Below are positions 33,483-44,057 of a stretch of DNA of 64,000 nucleotides, piece by piece (the stretch's first letter is position 1; each line of letters begins with the position of its first letter). The notes beneath the pieces were generated by a model. It saw only the letters and a program-made list of their open reading frames with translations, was not told the DNA's origin and did no database searches. Origin of the DNA: Alphaproteobacteria bacterium (lineage in GTDB: Bacteria; Pseudomonadota; Alphaproteobacteria; MPNO01; UBA830); NCBI GenBank assembly GCA_964291215.2, contig OZ219790.1:1184001-1248000 (forward strand), in the 5' to 3' direction. A program made the translations under genes and the position numbers.

Positions 33483-33876
33483 GATTTACTCCTCAATCGG
33501 TTTTCGGGAGGGGTCGGTCTCGGACCAGATGAAGTGCGGGAAGCTAACACAAAGCTGCAAGCGGTCAAGGCAGCCGCGTCGTATCTCACGGTGATCCCTT
33601 GCTAATTCGGAGACGCGAAATCCGAGTGCGGCGGGGCTCGGGTCATCACAGATCGCCTCCCTGATCGCAATTTTCGTGCCGAGAAGGTCCCATCGAGCCT
33701 TGGCGACACGATTGCAGCACGACGCAAACTGAAAAAGTCTCGCCGGTCGTCGCCGGATTAGCAGCGTGGGGTCACCGTGGCCCTATCTCGGACCACCTCA
33801 GATCCCGCACGGCTGTCCGCTCAAGGCCGAGGGCGGCGCCTGACACCCGTCCTCGGTGTCCTTCGTCCGACGGCGC

Positions 33877-35187
33877 TCAGATGAAGCGCGTAAGCCAGCT
33901 CGCTAGCGGCGGAAAGACCCAGATCAGCCCGGCGGTAACTAGCATCAGGATCCAGTAGGGTATCGAGCCCCGAAAAATCTCTGCAAGCGCCACGCTTGAG
34001 TCTGGTATCGCCCCCTTTACCACATAAACGACCAGTCCAAACGGTGGGGTCAGAAGTCCAGCCTCTATCAGGAGAATGCCAAAGATGGCGAACGCGAAAC
34101 TGTCCATGCCTATCAGCGGCGCAAAAATCGCGAATATCGGAACAGTCAGCAATATGATGGAGATCGAATCGAGGAGCATTCCGAGAAGGAGCCAGATAAC
34201 GATCATCATCAGCGTAAGCTCGAGCGCGCCAAAGCCGAACGAGAGCAGCGCATCCTTGATGATCGTCTGGATGTCAGCGAGGGCGAGAAACCTCGAATAC
34301 ATGCCTGCGGCAACCAGCAGGATCATGATCGGCGCCGAGGTCCGTCCGGCATCGACGACGGCTTCGACAATTCCCCGCAGACGCAACCCCTTCGCGATCG
34401 CGAACAGCATCGCGACGAGTGCACCGATTCCGGCCGCCTCCGTGGCCGTGAAAGCGCCGCCCCAGATTCCGCCAAGCACGATCACGACGATTGCCAGTAC
34501 ACCGCATGCCGAGGCGATTTCTCCGCCTGTCAGGGGTTCTTCCCTGACTTCCGGCGGCGCCGTCGGCGCCGTCGCCGGACGAATGAGCACCGCCGCCACG
34601 GTATAGGCGATAAACAGGAGCGAAAGGATGATTCCGGGTATGACGCCGGCAACGAACAGCTTACCGATTGATTGCTCGGTGATGATCCCCCAGACGATCA
34701 GAAGCACGCTCGGGGGAATCAGCATTCCGAGGCACGCCGAGCCGGCGATCGAACCGAGGGCGAACTCGCGCCTGTAGCGGAACCGGGTCATTTCGGGATA
34801 GGCGATGCGGCTGAAGGCTGCAGCCGACGCGATCGAGGTTCCGGTTACCGCGGCGAAGGCGGCGTTGCCGGTGACTGTCGCCACCGCCAGACGCCCGGGA
34901 ATGCGGCGAAGACAGCGGTTGATCACCTTGTAGAGATCACCGGCGGCACCGCATTTCGCAACGAAATCCCCCATCAGCACGAAGAGCGGGATCGTTGCGA
35001 AGACGTAGTGGCGGACAAGCTCGTAGGCCGCGCCGCCGACCTGCGCCGATGCGAGGTACCAGTCTTCGAAAATGAAATAGGTGCCGACCATCGCAGTCAG
35101 CCCCAAGGCCAGCGCAATGTGAATACCCGCGAATATGGCGATCAGCATGCCGCCAAGCGTAAGCGCCATCAGAATATTGAGATCCAT
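33877..35187 (-). CDS. dctM: TRAP transporter large permease
   Basis: TIPLFVLMG, FAAVTGTSIASAA, LGMLIPPS, FTATEAA, GLLTPPFG. Confidence 0.92.
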   Translation of the reverse strand: MDLNILMALTLGGMLIAIFAGIHIALALGLTAMVGTYFIFEDWYLASAQVGGAAYELVRHYVFATIPLFVLMGDFVAKCGAAGDLYKVINRCLRRIPGRLAVATVTGNAAFAAVTGTSIASAAAFSRIAYPEMTRFRYRREFALGSIAGSACLGMLIPPSVLLIVWGIITEQSIGKLFVAGVIPGIILSLLFIAYTVAAVLIRPATAPTAPPEVREEPLTGGEIASACGVLAIVVIVLGGIWGGAFTATEAAGIGALVAMLFAIAKGLRLRGIVEAVVDAGRTSAPIMILLVAAGMYSRFLALADIQTIIKDALLSFGFGALELTLMMIVIWLLLGMLLDSISIILLTVPIFAIFAPLIGMDSFAFAIFGILLIEAGLLTPPFGLVVYVVKGAIPDSSVALAEIFRGSIPYWILMLVTAGLIWVFPPLASWLTRFI

Positions 35188-35237
35188 CGCTCGGCCCCGT
35201 TAATCGCCGTACCTTGTCGTCCGGTTCGGGAGAGGTT

Positions 35238-35876
35238 TCAGATTCCGTCCGCCCGATCGGACCAGTCGGCCGCTTCGTCGGTGCCGATCGCCGTGCGAAC
35301 CAGCAGCATCAAATAGATCACAGTTATTTGGACCGCGGAAGCGATGATGATGGTTCGAACGGGATAGACAGGCACCTCAAGGGCGCCGATACCCTGATAT
35401 TCACCGATCTCCCAGCCCTTGACCATGTCGCTCCAGCCACCAACGGCAATGCCGACGAAGAGTGCCATTCCGAGCGTGTAGGCGACTGCATTCACAACGC
35501 GCCGCCAGCGGCGTCCCAGATGCTCGAAGACGATAGTCGTCCGCAGCATGCTGCCGGCAAGAATGGCGAGAGGAACCTGGAGAAAAACGATCGCAGGCAC
35601 CGAATTGGTGACGATCTCGTCGCCGCCAAGGAAAGTGTTGAAGACGCCACGGCCGGTCACCTCAACGAAGATGACCAGTGCGATCAGCATCAGCCAACCA
35701 GCCGCGATGTAGTTCAACCAGACACACAACCGTTCGAAGCTGCGAAAAATGAGCCTGTTCTCCTCGCTTGATGCCCGAGTCCCGAAATCGCCTTGCATCT
35801 GACGACGGAAGCCCCTTCCCTTCATGCCGCCCACGCGGGCCCATTGCAGGACAGGGGCCTGTTCGGGGAAACCCAT
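35238..35876 (-). CDS. dctQ: TRAP transporter small permease (start uncertain, possibly about 35798)
   Basis: Four hydrophobic segments (EVTGRGVFN..DEIV..VFLQVP), directly upstream of dctM. Confidence 0.8.
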   Translation of the reverse strand: MGFPEQAPVLQWARVGGMKGRGFRRQMQGDFGTRASSEENRLIFRSFERLCVWLNYIAAGWLMLIALVIFVEVTGRGVFNTFLGGDEIVTNSVPAIVFLQVPLAILAGSMLRTTIVFEHLGRRWRRVVNAVAYTLGMALFVGIAVGGWSDMVKGWEIGEYQGIGALEVPVYPVRTIIIASAVQITVIYLMLLVRTAIGTDEAADWSDRADGI

Positions 35877-35955
35877 GGAGGCGGATCGCGACGCGACACG
35901 GACATGCGCGTATGCCTGAATTGTACAGAGCCTGCCGAGCGAAACAAGAAGTGCG

Positions 35956-36138
35956 CAGGACCATTCTGTTGTCGCGGTCGGCGGCGGACAACCGCGTCAG
36001 AGTGGCCGTTCTTGAAGTTGGTGGCACCGTCTCAAGGTCGGAACCGGCATATCGACAACGAAATCCGCTCCCGAATGGACCTCCAGATCTGCCTACAACG
36101 CCCCTCGTCGGACGAAACCGGACAAAAGAAGAGCCCTG
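35956..36138. mobile_element. 183-bp MITE copy A (ISAs1-type ends)
   Basis: Imperfect TIR CAGGACCATTCTGTTGTC / revcomp CAGGGCTCTTCTTTTGTC; 10-bp TSD AAGAAGTGCG at 35946-35955 and 36139-36148; second copy at 52004. Confidence 0.88.
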
Positions 36139-36151
36139 AAGAAGTGCGATA

Positions 36152-36610
36152 TCAGCCGGACAGTTCCGAGGCCATCACGTCAGCCCGGATATCACCCGCC
36201 TCTTCGGTTGCAAAATTCAACTCGATCTTGACGCCGTTGGGATCCACAAGAAAGAGCTGGAACAGACCCTGATCGTCGACCCGTCTGCGGGTGTAGACGA
36301 CGCCGCGCTCGTCAAGGTCGGCCATCATCTCGCGAAGGCCCGTCGCCCGGAAGGCAACATGATCGACAACACCCGAACCGTAGGTGGCCGTCGACTGCTG
36401 ACCGAGATATTTCTTGCGGTTGTTACTCACCGCATCCCCGCCGACGGTAAGATGCAGCACGGGTTCCTCGCCAAGATAGAGCCAGCAGACCGGAAACTTG
36501 AAGTCCGGGTGCGGCCCCTCTCTCATGCCGAGAACGTCCACGTACCAGTCCCTGGTGGCGTCCATGTCCCCGGTCTGGATCAGGAAGTGTTCAAGACGGG
36601 AAAGCGGCAT
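36152..36610 (-). CDS. VOC/glyoxalase family protein
   Basis: LEHFLIQT..TRDWYVDVLG, VDHVAF, QLFLVDPNGVKIEL. Confidence 0.88.
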   Translation of the reverse strand: MPLSRLEHFLIQTGDMDATRDWYVDVLGMREGPHPDFKFPVCWLYLGEEPVLHLTVGGDAVSNNRKKYLGQQSTATYGSGVVDHVAFRATGLREMMADLDERGVVYTRRRVDDQGLFQLFLVDPNGVKIELNFATEEAGDIRADVMASELSG

Positions 36611-36795
36611 CGCAGCCTCCTTGCATCACCGACGCGAAGCCGGGACCCTACACTGCCGGTATGTGGGAGAGCAATATCGCCTTGCCCGCTGCGGCACGGG
36701 GGCAGCCGCGTCTGCAGCGTTTGATTGCAGACGTGGATCGCGACACTATCCGTCCCGGCTAGGCCGAAAAACTCAGTCCACGGGGAGGGACGCCG

Positions 36796-37104
36796 ATGAC
36801 CGCCTACTGGCTGGCACGCGCCAGGATCAACGATTTTGACGAATACATGAAATACGCCAAGCGGGTCCCCGAAATCCTGCGGAAGTTCAACGGCAAGATC
36901 CTCACGAGGGGTGGGCATCACAGGACCTTGGAGGGTCCAGACCATTTCGAGCGATTTGTAGTCATCGAATTTCCCTCCATCGAGGATGCGGAAGCCTGCT
37001 TCAACTCCGACGAATATCGCGAGGCTGCCGCATTCAGGCGGCGCAACAATGTCGGCGAGAACGAGCTCACGATCGTTCAGGCCGGCGATTTTACGCCGAC
37101 GTGA
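36796..37104 (+). CDS. DUF1330 family protein
   Basis: FNGKILTRGG..LEG..FVVIEFPS..FNSDEY. Confidence 0.85.
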   Translation: MTAYWLARARINDFDEYMKYAKRVPEILRKFNGKILTRGGHHRTLEGPDHFERFVVIEFPSIEDAEACFNSDEYREAAAFRRRNNVGENELTIVQAGDFTPT

Positions 37105-37184
37105 CGTCACGCCCGTGACTGTTGCACTCCACGTGCAGCGGTCTATGTTCAGCCGCACCAACCAGCCCAAGGGAGACCGCACAC

Positions 37185-37577
37185 ATGTCCGGACCTGAAA
37201 TCAGCAAACAGGACATTCTCAACGCCTGCGAAGGCATGCTCCAGAAGCAGCTCTATGTCGTCCATACCTTTCCGACCGATGGCCTCGGTCCGGTCATGCA
37301 GAATATCGAGCCCCACCTCAAGTTCCAGATAGAGCTCGAGGAAAAAGGAATTATGTTCGGCGCGGGTCCGTTCTGGGATGATGCCGAGGAAAAATGGGAA
37401 GGCGAGGGCATGGTCATCATCCGCGCCGGCTCCCTTGCGGAAGCCAAGGACATCGCGGCCAGCGATCCGATGCACAAATCGGGCGCACGAAGCTACACCG
37501 TCCGCCCCTGGCTCCTCAACGAAGGTGCAGTAACGGTCAAGGTCCGGTATTCGGACGGCAGTCGCGAGCTGCTCTGA
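37185..37577 (+). CDS. YciI family protein
   Basis: H..LEEKGIMFGAGP..GMVIIRAGSLAEAKDIAASDPMH..VRPWLLNEG. Confidence 0.85.
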   Translation: MSGPEISKQDILNACEGMLQKQLYVVHTFPTDGLGPVMQNIEPHLKFQIELEEKGIMFGAGPFWDDAEEKWEGEGMVIIRAGSLAEAKDIAASDPMHKSGARSYTVRPWLLNEGAVTVKVRYSDGSRELL

Positions 37578-37636
37578 ACCCGGCCCTTCTGTCCGGCAAC
37601 GGCACCGAGCATCTGGCGCCGGTGCCGTCTTGCTGC

Positions 37637-39141
37637 TCATCCCGTATAGCGGTCCCGCAGCCGGTCGCGCAGGATCTTTCCAGTTGCGTTCTTCGGTACC
37701 TCATTCACGAAGATGATGCGGCGCGAACGCTTGTAACGGGCGATCCGCCCGGCGCAGTCGCCGAGCAGCGCTTCGGCGGTAATCTTCACCGACGGATCGG
37801 CGGCGACCACGGCAGCGACCGGCAGTTCGCCGAACACCGGATCCGATAATGCGAATACCGCGCAGTCATCGATCTCGGCCATTTCCAGCAATACGCGCTC
37901 GATTTCGGCGGGATGGATATTGAGACCGCCCGAATTGATCATGTCGCCGCTGCGCCCGACAAGGGTCAACAGCCCTTTTCGTCACGGATGGCCAGATCTC
38001 CCGTCCAGGCCCAACCATCGCCGCCGCGAAAGAACACCTGCGTCTGTTCCGGTCCCCCGACATAGCCCTGCATGAGGGTCTCGCCCCTGAAACAGAGCTC
38101 GCCGACTTCACCGGGCTCCGCTTCGCTGCCGGAGGCGGCATACACGGCGCATTCGATCTTGGGCGACCGAGCGCACCGGGATGCCTGTCCCGGTCTTCCC
38201 TGTACAGCGTTACCAATGGACCGATCTCGGTCATGCCGTAATTTTGTATGAACTCGTACCGCGGCAGCGGTTCCGCCGCCCGTTTGATCAGGCCGGGCGG
38301 CGGCGGCGCGCCGCCATAGACCATCTTGCGGAGACCCGACAGCCGGGCCGGCCCGAACGCCTCGTGATCCGGAAGAAGCGCTATCTGGGTCGGAACGAGA
38401 AATGTCGCCGTTATCCGACAACGTTCCGCGGCCGCAAGGAAGGAAGGCACGTCCCACTTCGGGAGGAGAACCTGGGTCGCCGCCACGCATACGCCAGGTT
38501 GAAACCATATGAAGCCGCCGGCCGCACGACTCATCGGCGCCGCAACCGCCATCACTTCGCCGGATTCGAGACCGAACCAATCCACGGCGATCTCGGCCCA
38601 ATTCAGGCGCGACCGGGCAGTATGGAGCCCTCCCTTCGGAAACCCCGTCGTGCCACTGGTATAGGCTGCCGAAGACGGCGCGTCCGGCGGCTGCTCGCGT
38701 CCCGGATCCTCTGGAGCGCCGGCTCCAAGAAACGCAGCCGCGCCCCGTGGAGACGACGGCAAGCCGCCTGCCGGTCGACGACACCGCGTCCGCCAGTTCC
38801 GGATCGCACAGCGCGGCCACCGCATCCCCCCTGCCAAGACAATGGGCGATCGCGTCGGGGGCAAGGCACGCCGACAGATGAAGCGACACGCCGCCAGCGC
38901 GCGCTATTCCGAAATACGTCACGGCATATTCGAGGCTGTTGTGCGCGATGACTGCCACGCGGTCTCCGCGCCCCACTCCACGATCGATCAGCGCATTGGC
39001 GAACCTGTTGGCGGCTTTGTCGGCTTCGCCATAAGTCAGTTCGCGTCCTTCGCAAATGAACGCGGTCTTCTTCGGGTTGCCGGCGGCGGCGGCCGCAAGG
39101 CTCGCACCCATGGTCATGCAGGGACGCCCCTGGTCCTGCAA
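37637..39141 (-). pseudogene. Acyl-CoA synthetase (AMP-binding), frameshifted
   Basis: Motifs spread over different frames: GVGRGDRVAV, YTSGTTGFPKG, YGMTE, TGDL, GRSGDMINSGG, PKNATGKI. Confidence 0.85.
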
Positions 39142-39199
39142 TCGCGCTCCGCTACGGCCACGCCGCCGCTTCCGGATCCATCACACCCACGCCGCCGCC

Positions 39200-40894
39200 T
39201 CACGGAGCATACCATCCCTCGCTCCCCGAGCCGTCGTCGACAACGACATCGAGCAGCGTCGGCCCGTCGCGCCGGGTCGACTCGACGATGGCAGGCCCGA
39301 TGTCGTCAGGGTCCTCGATTCGCACCGCCGCCACACCCATTGAGCGGGCGAGGCCGGTGAAGTCGATCGGCGGGTCCTTGAACTCCATGCCGGTGTAATC
39401 CTCAACGCCGTGGAATGCCTTCAGCCGCTCCCTGATGATGCGGTAGCCGCCATTGTTGGCGATGACGTAGGTGATCGGAAGTTTCGCGTTCGCCGCCGTC
39501 CAGAGCGCCTGGATGCTGTACATCGCGCTGCCGTCGCCGACGACGGCGACGACCGGCCGGTCCCTGAGTGCAAGCTGAACTCCCACCGCGCCCGCCATCG
39601 CAAACCCGATCCCGCCGCTGCCGAGCCCGAAAAGCGCCTTCGCATCGCGGAAGGGATAGAGCGCCGGAAGGGAGCGGCCGCTCAGGATGCCCTCCTCGAC
39701 GATGACCGCGTCTTCCGGCAGCGCGTCGACGATCCGAAGCATCGCAAGCTCAGGGGCGATCACCGCAGCGTCGGGACGCGCCAGTATCCTGGCGCGGAGG
39801 GCCTCGCGCTTGGCGGACCAGTTGGAAGTCTGGAGCACCGTCAGCGAGGCCGCTGCCTTCTCGGCCCCCTCGGCGCCACGTTTCCTCTCGATCATAACCG
39901 CTAGGGCGCCAAGCGTTTCCTTGACGTCGGCGCGCAAGGCGATCTCCGCCGGATAGTTCTTTCCCATCTCCCAATCCCGAAGTCCGACCTGGACCAGCGC
40001 CATGCCTTCGGGTAACGGGTCGGTTTCGCTGAACACCGACATGCGCAGCACATCGGAACCCATGCAGAACATCAGGTCATAGGGCGAGAGGGTATCGCGG
40101 ACATCCGGCTGTTCACGGCTGAGTCCGCCCATGAATGCGGGGTGTTCGGAGAGAAAATGGGCGCCGTCGCAGACCGTCTGCTGATAGACCGGCGCGCCCA
40201 GCGCCTCCGCAACCGCTGCCGCTTCTCTCAACGCGTCCGAGGTCGCGATTTCGTGCCCGGCAAGGAGCACCGGCCGCCTGGCCGCGAGCAGCCGGTCTGC
40301 GAGTCGATCGAGCGCCGCGTCGCTCGGCCGGCCGGCGGCATCGACCCGGGTGAGCCGGCCGAGTTCGAGCGCGTCCTGCTCGTTCAGGACATCGCCCGGC
40401 AGCGAGATGAACACCGGTCCGGTCGGCGGTGTCATTGCGACCTTCGCGGCCCGGCGCACGATGCGCGGCAGATCCTGGAGCCGGTTGACCTCCACCGCCC
40501 ATTTCACCAGCGGTTGGGCGATTGGCACCAGCGGCGCGTAGAGCATTGGTTCGGTCAGCCCGTGCCCCTGCTCCTGCTGCCCTGCAGTAACGATGATCGG
40601 CGAGCCCATCCAGTTGGCGTTGAAGAGCGAACCCATGGCGTTGCCGAGCCCGGGTGCGACATGAACGTTGCAGGCGCTGAGCTTGCCCGATGCACGCGAG
40701 AAGCCGTCCGCCATCGCCACCACCAGCGCCTCCTGCAGCGCCATGACATAGGTCATTGCCGACCGGTCGGGCAACGCGGCCATGATCGGGAGTTCCGTGG
40801 TGCCGGGATTGCCGAACAGATGGGTTACCCCTTCGCTCTCGAGCAGCGAAAGGAAAGCCTCCCGGCCGAAGATGGTGTTCAGGGTGTCAGGCAT
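39200..40894 (-). CDS. ThDP-dependent decarboxylase, benzoylformate decarboxylase-like
   Basis: FGNPGTTELP, LQEA, NVHVAPGLGNA, GDGSAMYSIQALWTAA..NN. Confidence 0.9.
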   Translation of the reverse strand: MPDTLNTIFGREAFLSLLESEGVTHLFGNPGTTELPIMAALPDRSAMTYVMALQEALVVAMADGFSRASGKLSACNVHVAPGLGNAMGSLFNANWMGSPIIVTAGQQEQGHGLTEPMLYAPLVPIAQPLVKWAVEVNRLQDLPRIVRRAAKVAMTPPTGPVFISLPGDVLNEQDALELGRLTRVDAAGRPSDAALDRLADRLLAARRPVLLAGHEIATSDALREAAAVAEALGAPVYQQTVCDGAHFLSEHPAFMGGLSREQPDVRDTLSPYDLMFCMGSDVLRMSVFSETDPLPEGMALVQVGLRDWEMGKNYPAEIALRADVKETLGALAVMIERKRGAEGAEKAAASLTVLQTSNWSAKREALRARILARPDAAVIAPELAMLRIVDALPEDAVIVEEGILSGRSLPALYPFRDAKALFGLGSGGIGFAMAGAVGVQLALRDRPVVAVVGDGSAMYSIQALWTAANAKLPITYVIANNGGYRIIRERLKAFHGVEDYTGMEFKDPPIDFTGLARSMGVAAVRIEDPDDIGPAIVESTRRDGPTLLDVVVDDGSGSEGWYAP

Positions 40895-41269
40895 GGCGTT
40901 TCACGCGGGCAGGGTATGACATCCCCGAATGATACAGATTTCCTGTTCTGGCGGTAGACGACAAAGCCTCGTCCCTTCGGACCGACGATGGGCAGGCGGT
41001 CGGAGGGAAGCCTGCAGGCCAAGATCCAACCTTCGGGTTCGATGGGCACGGACGGCGCGGACGGTGGAGCGTTCTTCACTGACGGCCGGCACGGAACGCG
41101 GACCAGTTCCGGGGACAGCCGAGACCGGACACCGAAACGGAATCGCGAGCGCCGGAGAGGGATTGTTGCGTGCCGGCCGGTGTTGGCGCAGGATCGGTCA
41201 CCTGACTATCAGGATCGGTGTCCCGTCAGGACCGGGAGCCCAACCGGCTCGTGAATTCGGAAACAGGCT

Positions 41270-42091
41270 ATGGGCCTTGTACAAGTGAATGGCTGGTCGT
41301 TCGATTGCGAAGTCTCGGGCGAAGGGCCCGACCTGATCTTCATTCACGTAGAGATTCACGGGACGGAATACTGGGAACACCAGATAGCGAAATTCTCGCG
41401 CGACCATCGATGTCTCGTTTACCACAGGCGTGGCCACGGGCGGACCGGCGCACCGGGCCGCGGGTACGAACTTGAGAACCAGCGGAGGGATCTCGAGGCG
41501 CTCGTCGATCACTTCGGCATTGTTGATCCGATCATCATTGCGGTCGCGTTCGGAACCACGATCGCCGTCGATTTTGCGCTGGCGAACCCGGACAGGGTTC
41601 GCGGCATATTCATGGTCGCATGGAGCGAGCTTCACGAGGCGCGGAAATATCTCGACTGGTGGAAGGCAGCGAACGGAGAAGTGGTCCGGATCCTGAAGAG
41701 TGGCGGCCGCGAGCAACTGATAGACTATCTCAGGCGCGAAGCCGAGCGCACCCTCTATCTGGTCATCCCTCTCGATTCACATGTCCGGGAGCGATGCATT
41801 CAGATGTTCGCGCGTCATCCCGTGGAGGAATACGAACGCGGCATGCTTGAATTCGCGGAATCGGTGCCCGACCTCGTGACCCCGTTAGCCGGGCTCGACG
41901 TACCGGTCCGGGGCATCTGCGGATCGAATGACCCGTTCCCGGACCGGCCGGAGACACTGGCCGGCATGGCGGCATTTCAGGAACTTCCCCCGATCCCCGG
42001 AGCTTCGCGCTTCGTTCAATGGGAGCGTCCCGACGAGTTCAATGCCGCTCTCCGCAGCTTTCTCGCAACCTGTCCGGCCGGACGAGACTAG
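41270..42091 (+). CDS. Alpha/beta-hydrolase fold protein lacking canonical catalytic residues
   Basis: GEGPDLIFIH, YHRRGHGRT, elbow AVAFG, GASRFVQWERPDEFN. The stop TAG is the IS630 target site. Confidence 0.8.
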   Translation: MGLVQVNGWSFDCEVSGEGPDLIFIHVEIHGTEYWEHQIAKFSRDHRCLVYHRRGHGRTGAPGRGYELENQRRDLEALVDHFGIVDPIIIAVAFGTTIAVDFALANPDRVRGIFMVAWSELHEARKYLDWWKAANGEVVRILKSGGREQLIDYLRREAERTLYLVIPLDSHVRERCIQMFARHPVEEYERGMLEFAESVPDLVTPLAGLDVPVRGICGSNDPFPDRPETLAGMAAFQELPPIPGASRFVQWERPDEFNAALRSFLATCPAGRD

Positions 42092-43265
42092 TGTTATGTC
42101 AGCAATGATATGTCGTACATTTGGTGCTAGACTGTCCGTCCATTCGGGATGGAGGTCGGAGTATGAAACGCTACGTGGTGACCCTGGACGAGGCGGAACG
42201 GAAAGAACTTTCGGAGATCACGACCAAGGGCTCGCACCTGTCGCAAAAGGTAATCAACGCCCTGCTTAACTGCGACGAGGGCGCGTTCAATGAATGCCAG
42301 ATGACCGGGAAGGTCATTGCTGAGATTCTGCGCATCAGCATGCGCAAAGTAGACCGAGTGAAGAAGCGTTTCGTTGAAGAGGGGCTAGAGGCGGCATTGG
42401 GTGGCCGGCAAGGACGCCGTCCTACCTACATGCGAAAAGCCGACGGCACCTTCGAGGCGCGCTTGGTGGCCCTGAGTTGTGGTGAACCGCCCGAGGGTTA
42501 CGCGCAATGGTCGTTGCGGCTGCTGGCCGACCGCGTTGTCGAGCTTGGTTACATTGATACCGTGTCACACGAGACGGTGCGGCGTGTTCTAAAAAAAACT
42601 GCATCAAGCCATGGCAGCGGGTTGGGTGGGTAATTCCTCCTCAAGGGAATGCCGACTTCGCCGCGGCGATGGAGAAGGTGCTCGATGTCTATCGCCGTCC
42701 CGCCGCCTTCCCCGTGGTCTGCATGGACGAAACGCCCCGACCGGCGAGACACGGCAACCGATCGCCATGGCGCCGGGACGGTCAGCGCGTAACGACTACG
42801 AGTATCGACGTTGCGGCACCTGCAACGTCTTCACGGAACCCCTGGCCGGCAAGCGCATGACCAAGGTAACCGAGCGCAAGACCAAGATCGACTGGGCGCA
42901 GTTCCAGGCCGACATCGCCGAGCGCTACCAGGATGCTACCACCATCACCCTGGTGATGGACAATCTCAACACTCCCCGGCGCCTTCTATGAGGCCTACCC
43001 GCCGGACGAGGCCAAGGCCTTGTGGGACCGCTTCGAGTTCGTCTACACCCCCAAGCACGGCAGTTGGCTGAACGTGGTCGAACTCAACGTCATGATCCGC
43101 CAGTGCCTGAACCGCCGCATCGACTGCATCGAGGTGCTACGCCGGGAAGTTGCCGCCTGGCAGGCGACCGCATCCAGGCCAAGGTGGATTGGCAGTTCAC
43201 CACCGACGATGCCCGCGTGAAACTCAAACGTCTTTATCCGACATTTGACGAATGACAATACACTA
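42089..43265 (+). mobile_element. IS630-family element type 2, copy D (orfA largely intact, orfB degraded)
   Basis: Ends TAGTGTTATGTCA/TGACAATACACTA; TA duplication; A8 frameshift site near 42591; VCMDETP, DYEYRRCG, VMDNLNT, YTPKHGSWLN. Confidence 0.92.
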
Positions 43266-43276
43266 GAGAGGGGCCG

Positions 43277-44023
43277 ATGCGCATCGTCGATCTGAGCCTG
43301 CCGATCAACGGAAACATGGCAGGGCTTCCCGGGTTCGAGACCTATCGAAACAACCCGACAAGAACCTATCCGCTGTCGGTCATCAGCGATCGGCAGAAGG
43401 CCACGCTCGCTGAACGCGGACTTAAGACCGAGTCGGAGCCCGAGATTTCTAACCACATGCTGAGCAAGCTGAAAATCGTCACCCATGTGGGAACACATAT
43501 CGACGCACCGCTGCACATGCTCGAGGACACCTGGTCGGTGGACCAGATACCGCTGGAGCGCCTAGTGAAGAACGGCCGGATCATTCCGCTGACCGATGTT
43601 CCCGCGGGCGGCATGGTCACGGCCGCGGCGATGCTGAAAAGCGGCGTCGATTTCGACGAGACCGTCATTCCGATCCTGCACACAGGCTGGACCGAGAAGA
43701 CCTGGGGAACTCCCGAATTCTGGGATGAAACGGTCTACATGCACCGCGATGCCGCAGAACTGCTGGTCGAGCACGAGGTAAGCGCGGTCGCGATCGACTT
43801 CTTCCCCGAGTTCCCGTTCTGGCGTAACGGCATAGAACGGCCCGAAGGGCAGCCGCCGGGGCACAATCACCGGCTGCTCCTCGGCAACCGCATCATCATC
43901 ATTCAGATGGTTACCAACGTAGGCGCGATCGGTGCCGGCGACTTCACCCTGTCGGCCGTGCCGCTGCGGCTGGAGGGCCTGGACGGCTCCCCAGCCCGGG
44001 TCTTTGCGACTGTCGAAGACTGA
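43277..44023 (+). CDS. Cyclase family (kynurenine formamidase-like) metal hydrolase
   Basis: IVDLSLPI, HVGTHIDAPLH, LHTGW, PLRLEGLDGSPARV. Confidence 0.9.
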   Translation: MRIVDLSLPINGNMAGLPGFETYRNNPTRTYPLSVISDRQKATLAERGLKTESEPEISNHMLSKLKIVTHVGTHIDAPLHMLEDTWSVDQIPLERLVKNGRIIPLTDVPAGGMVTAAAMLKSGVDFDETVIPILHTGWTEKTWGTPEFWDETVYMHRDAAELLVEHEVSAVAIDFFPEFPFWRNGIERPEGQPPGHNHRLLLGNRIIIIQMVTNVGAIGAGDFTLSAVPLRLEGLDGSPARVFATVED

Positions 44024-44057
44024 GATACCCGGCGCCGGACGGGCATCTGCCGGAGCG

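Noticed and set aside
35956-36138. GMC oxidoreductase N-terminal fragment or riboswitch (ILLSR..RVRVAVLEVGG)
   Set aside because: TIRs and two different 10-bp TSDs explain it as a MITE; the peptide resemblance is short and probably chance.
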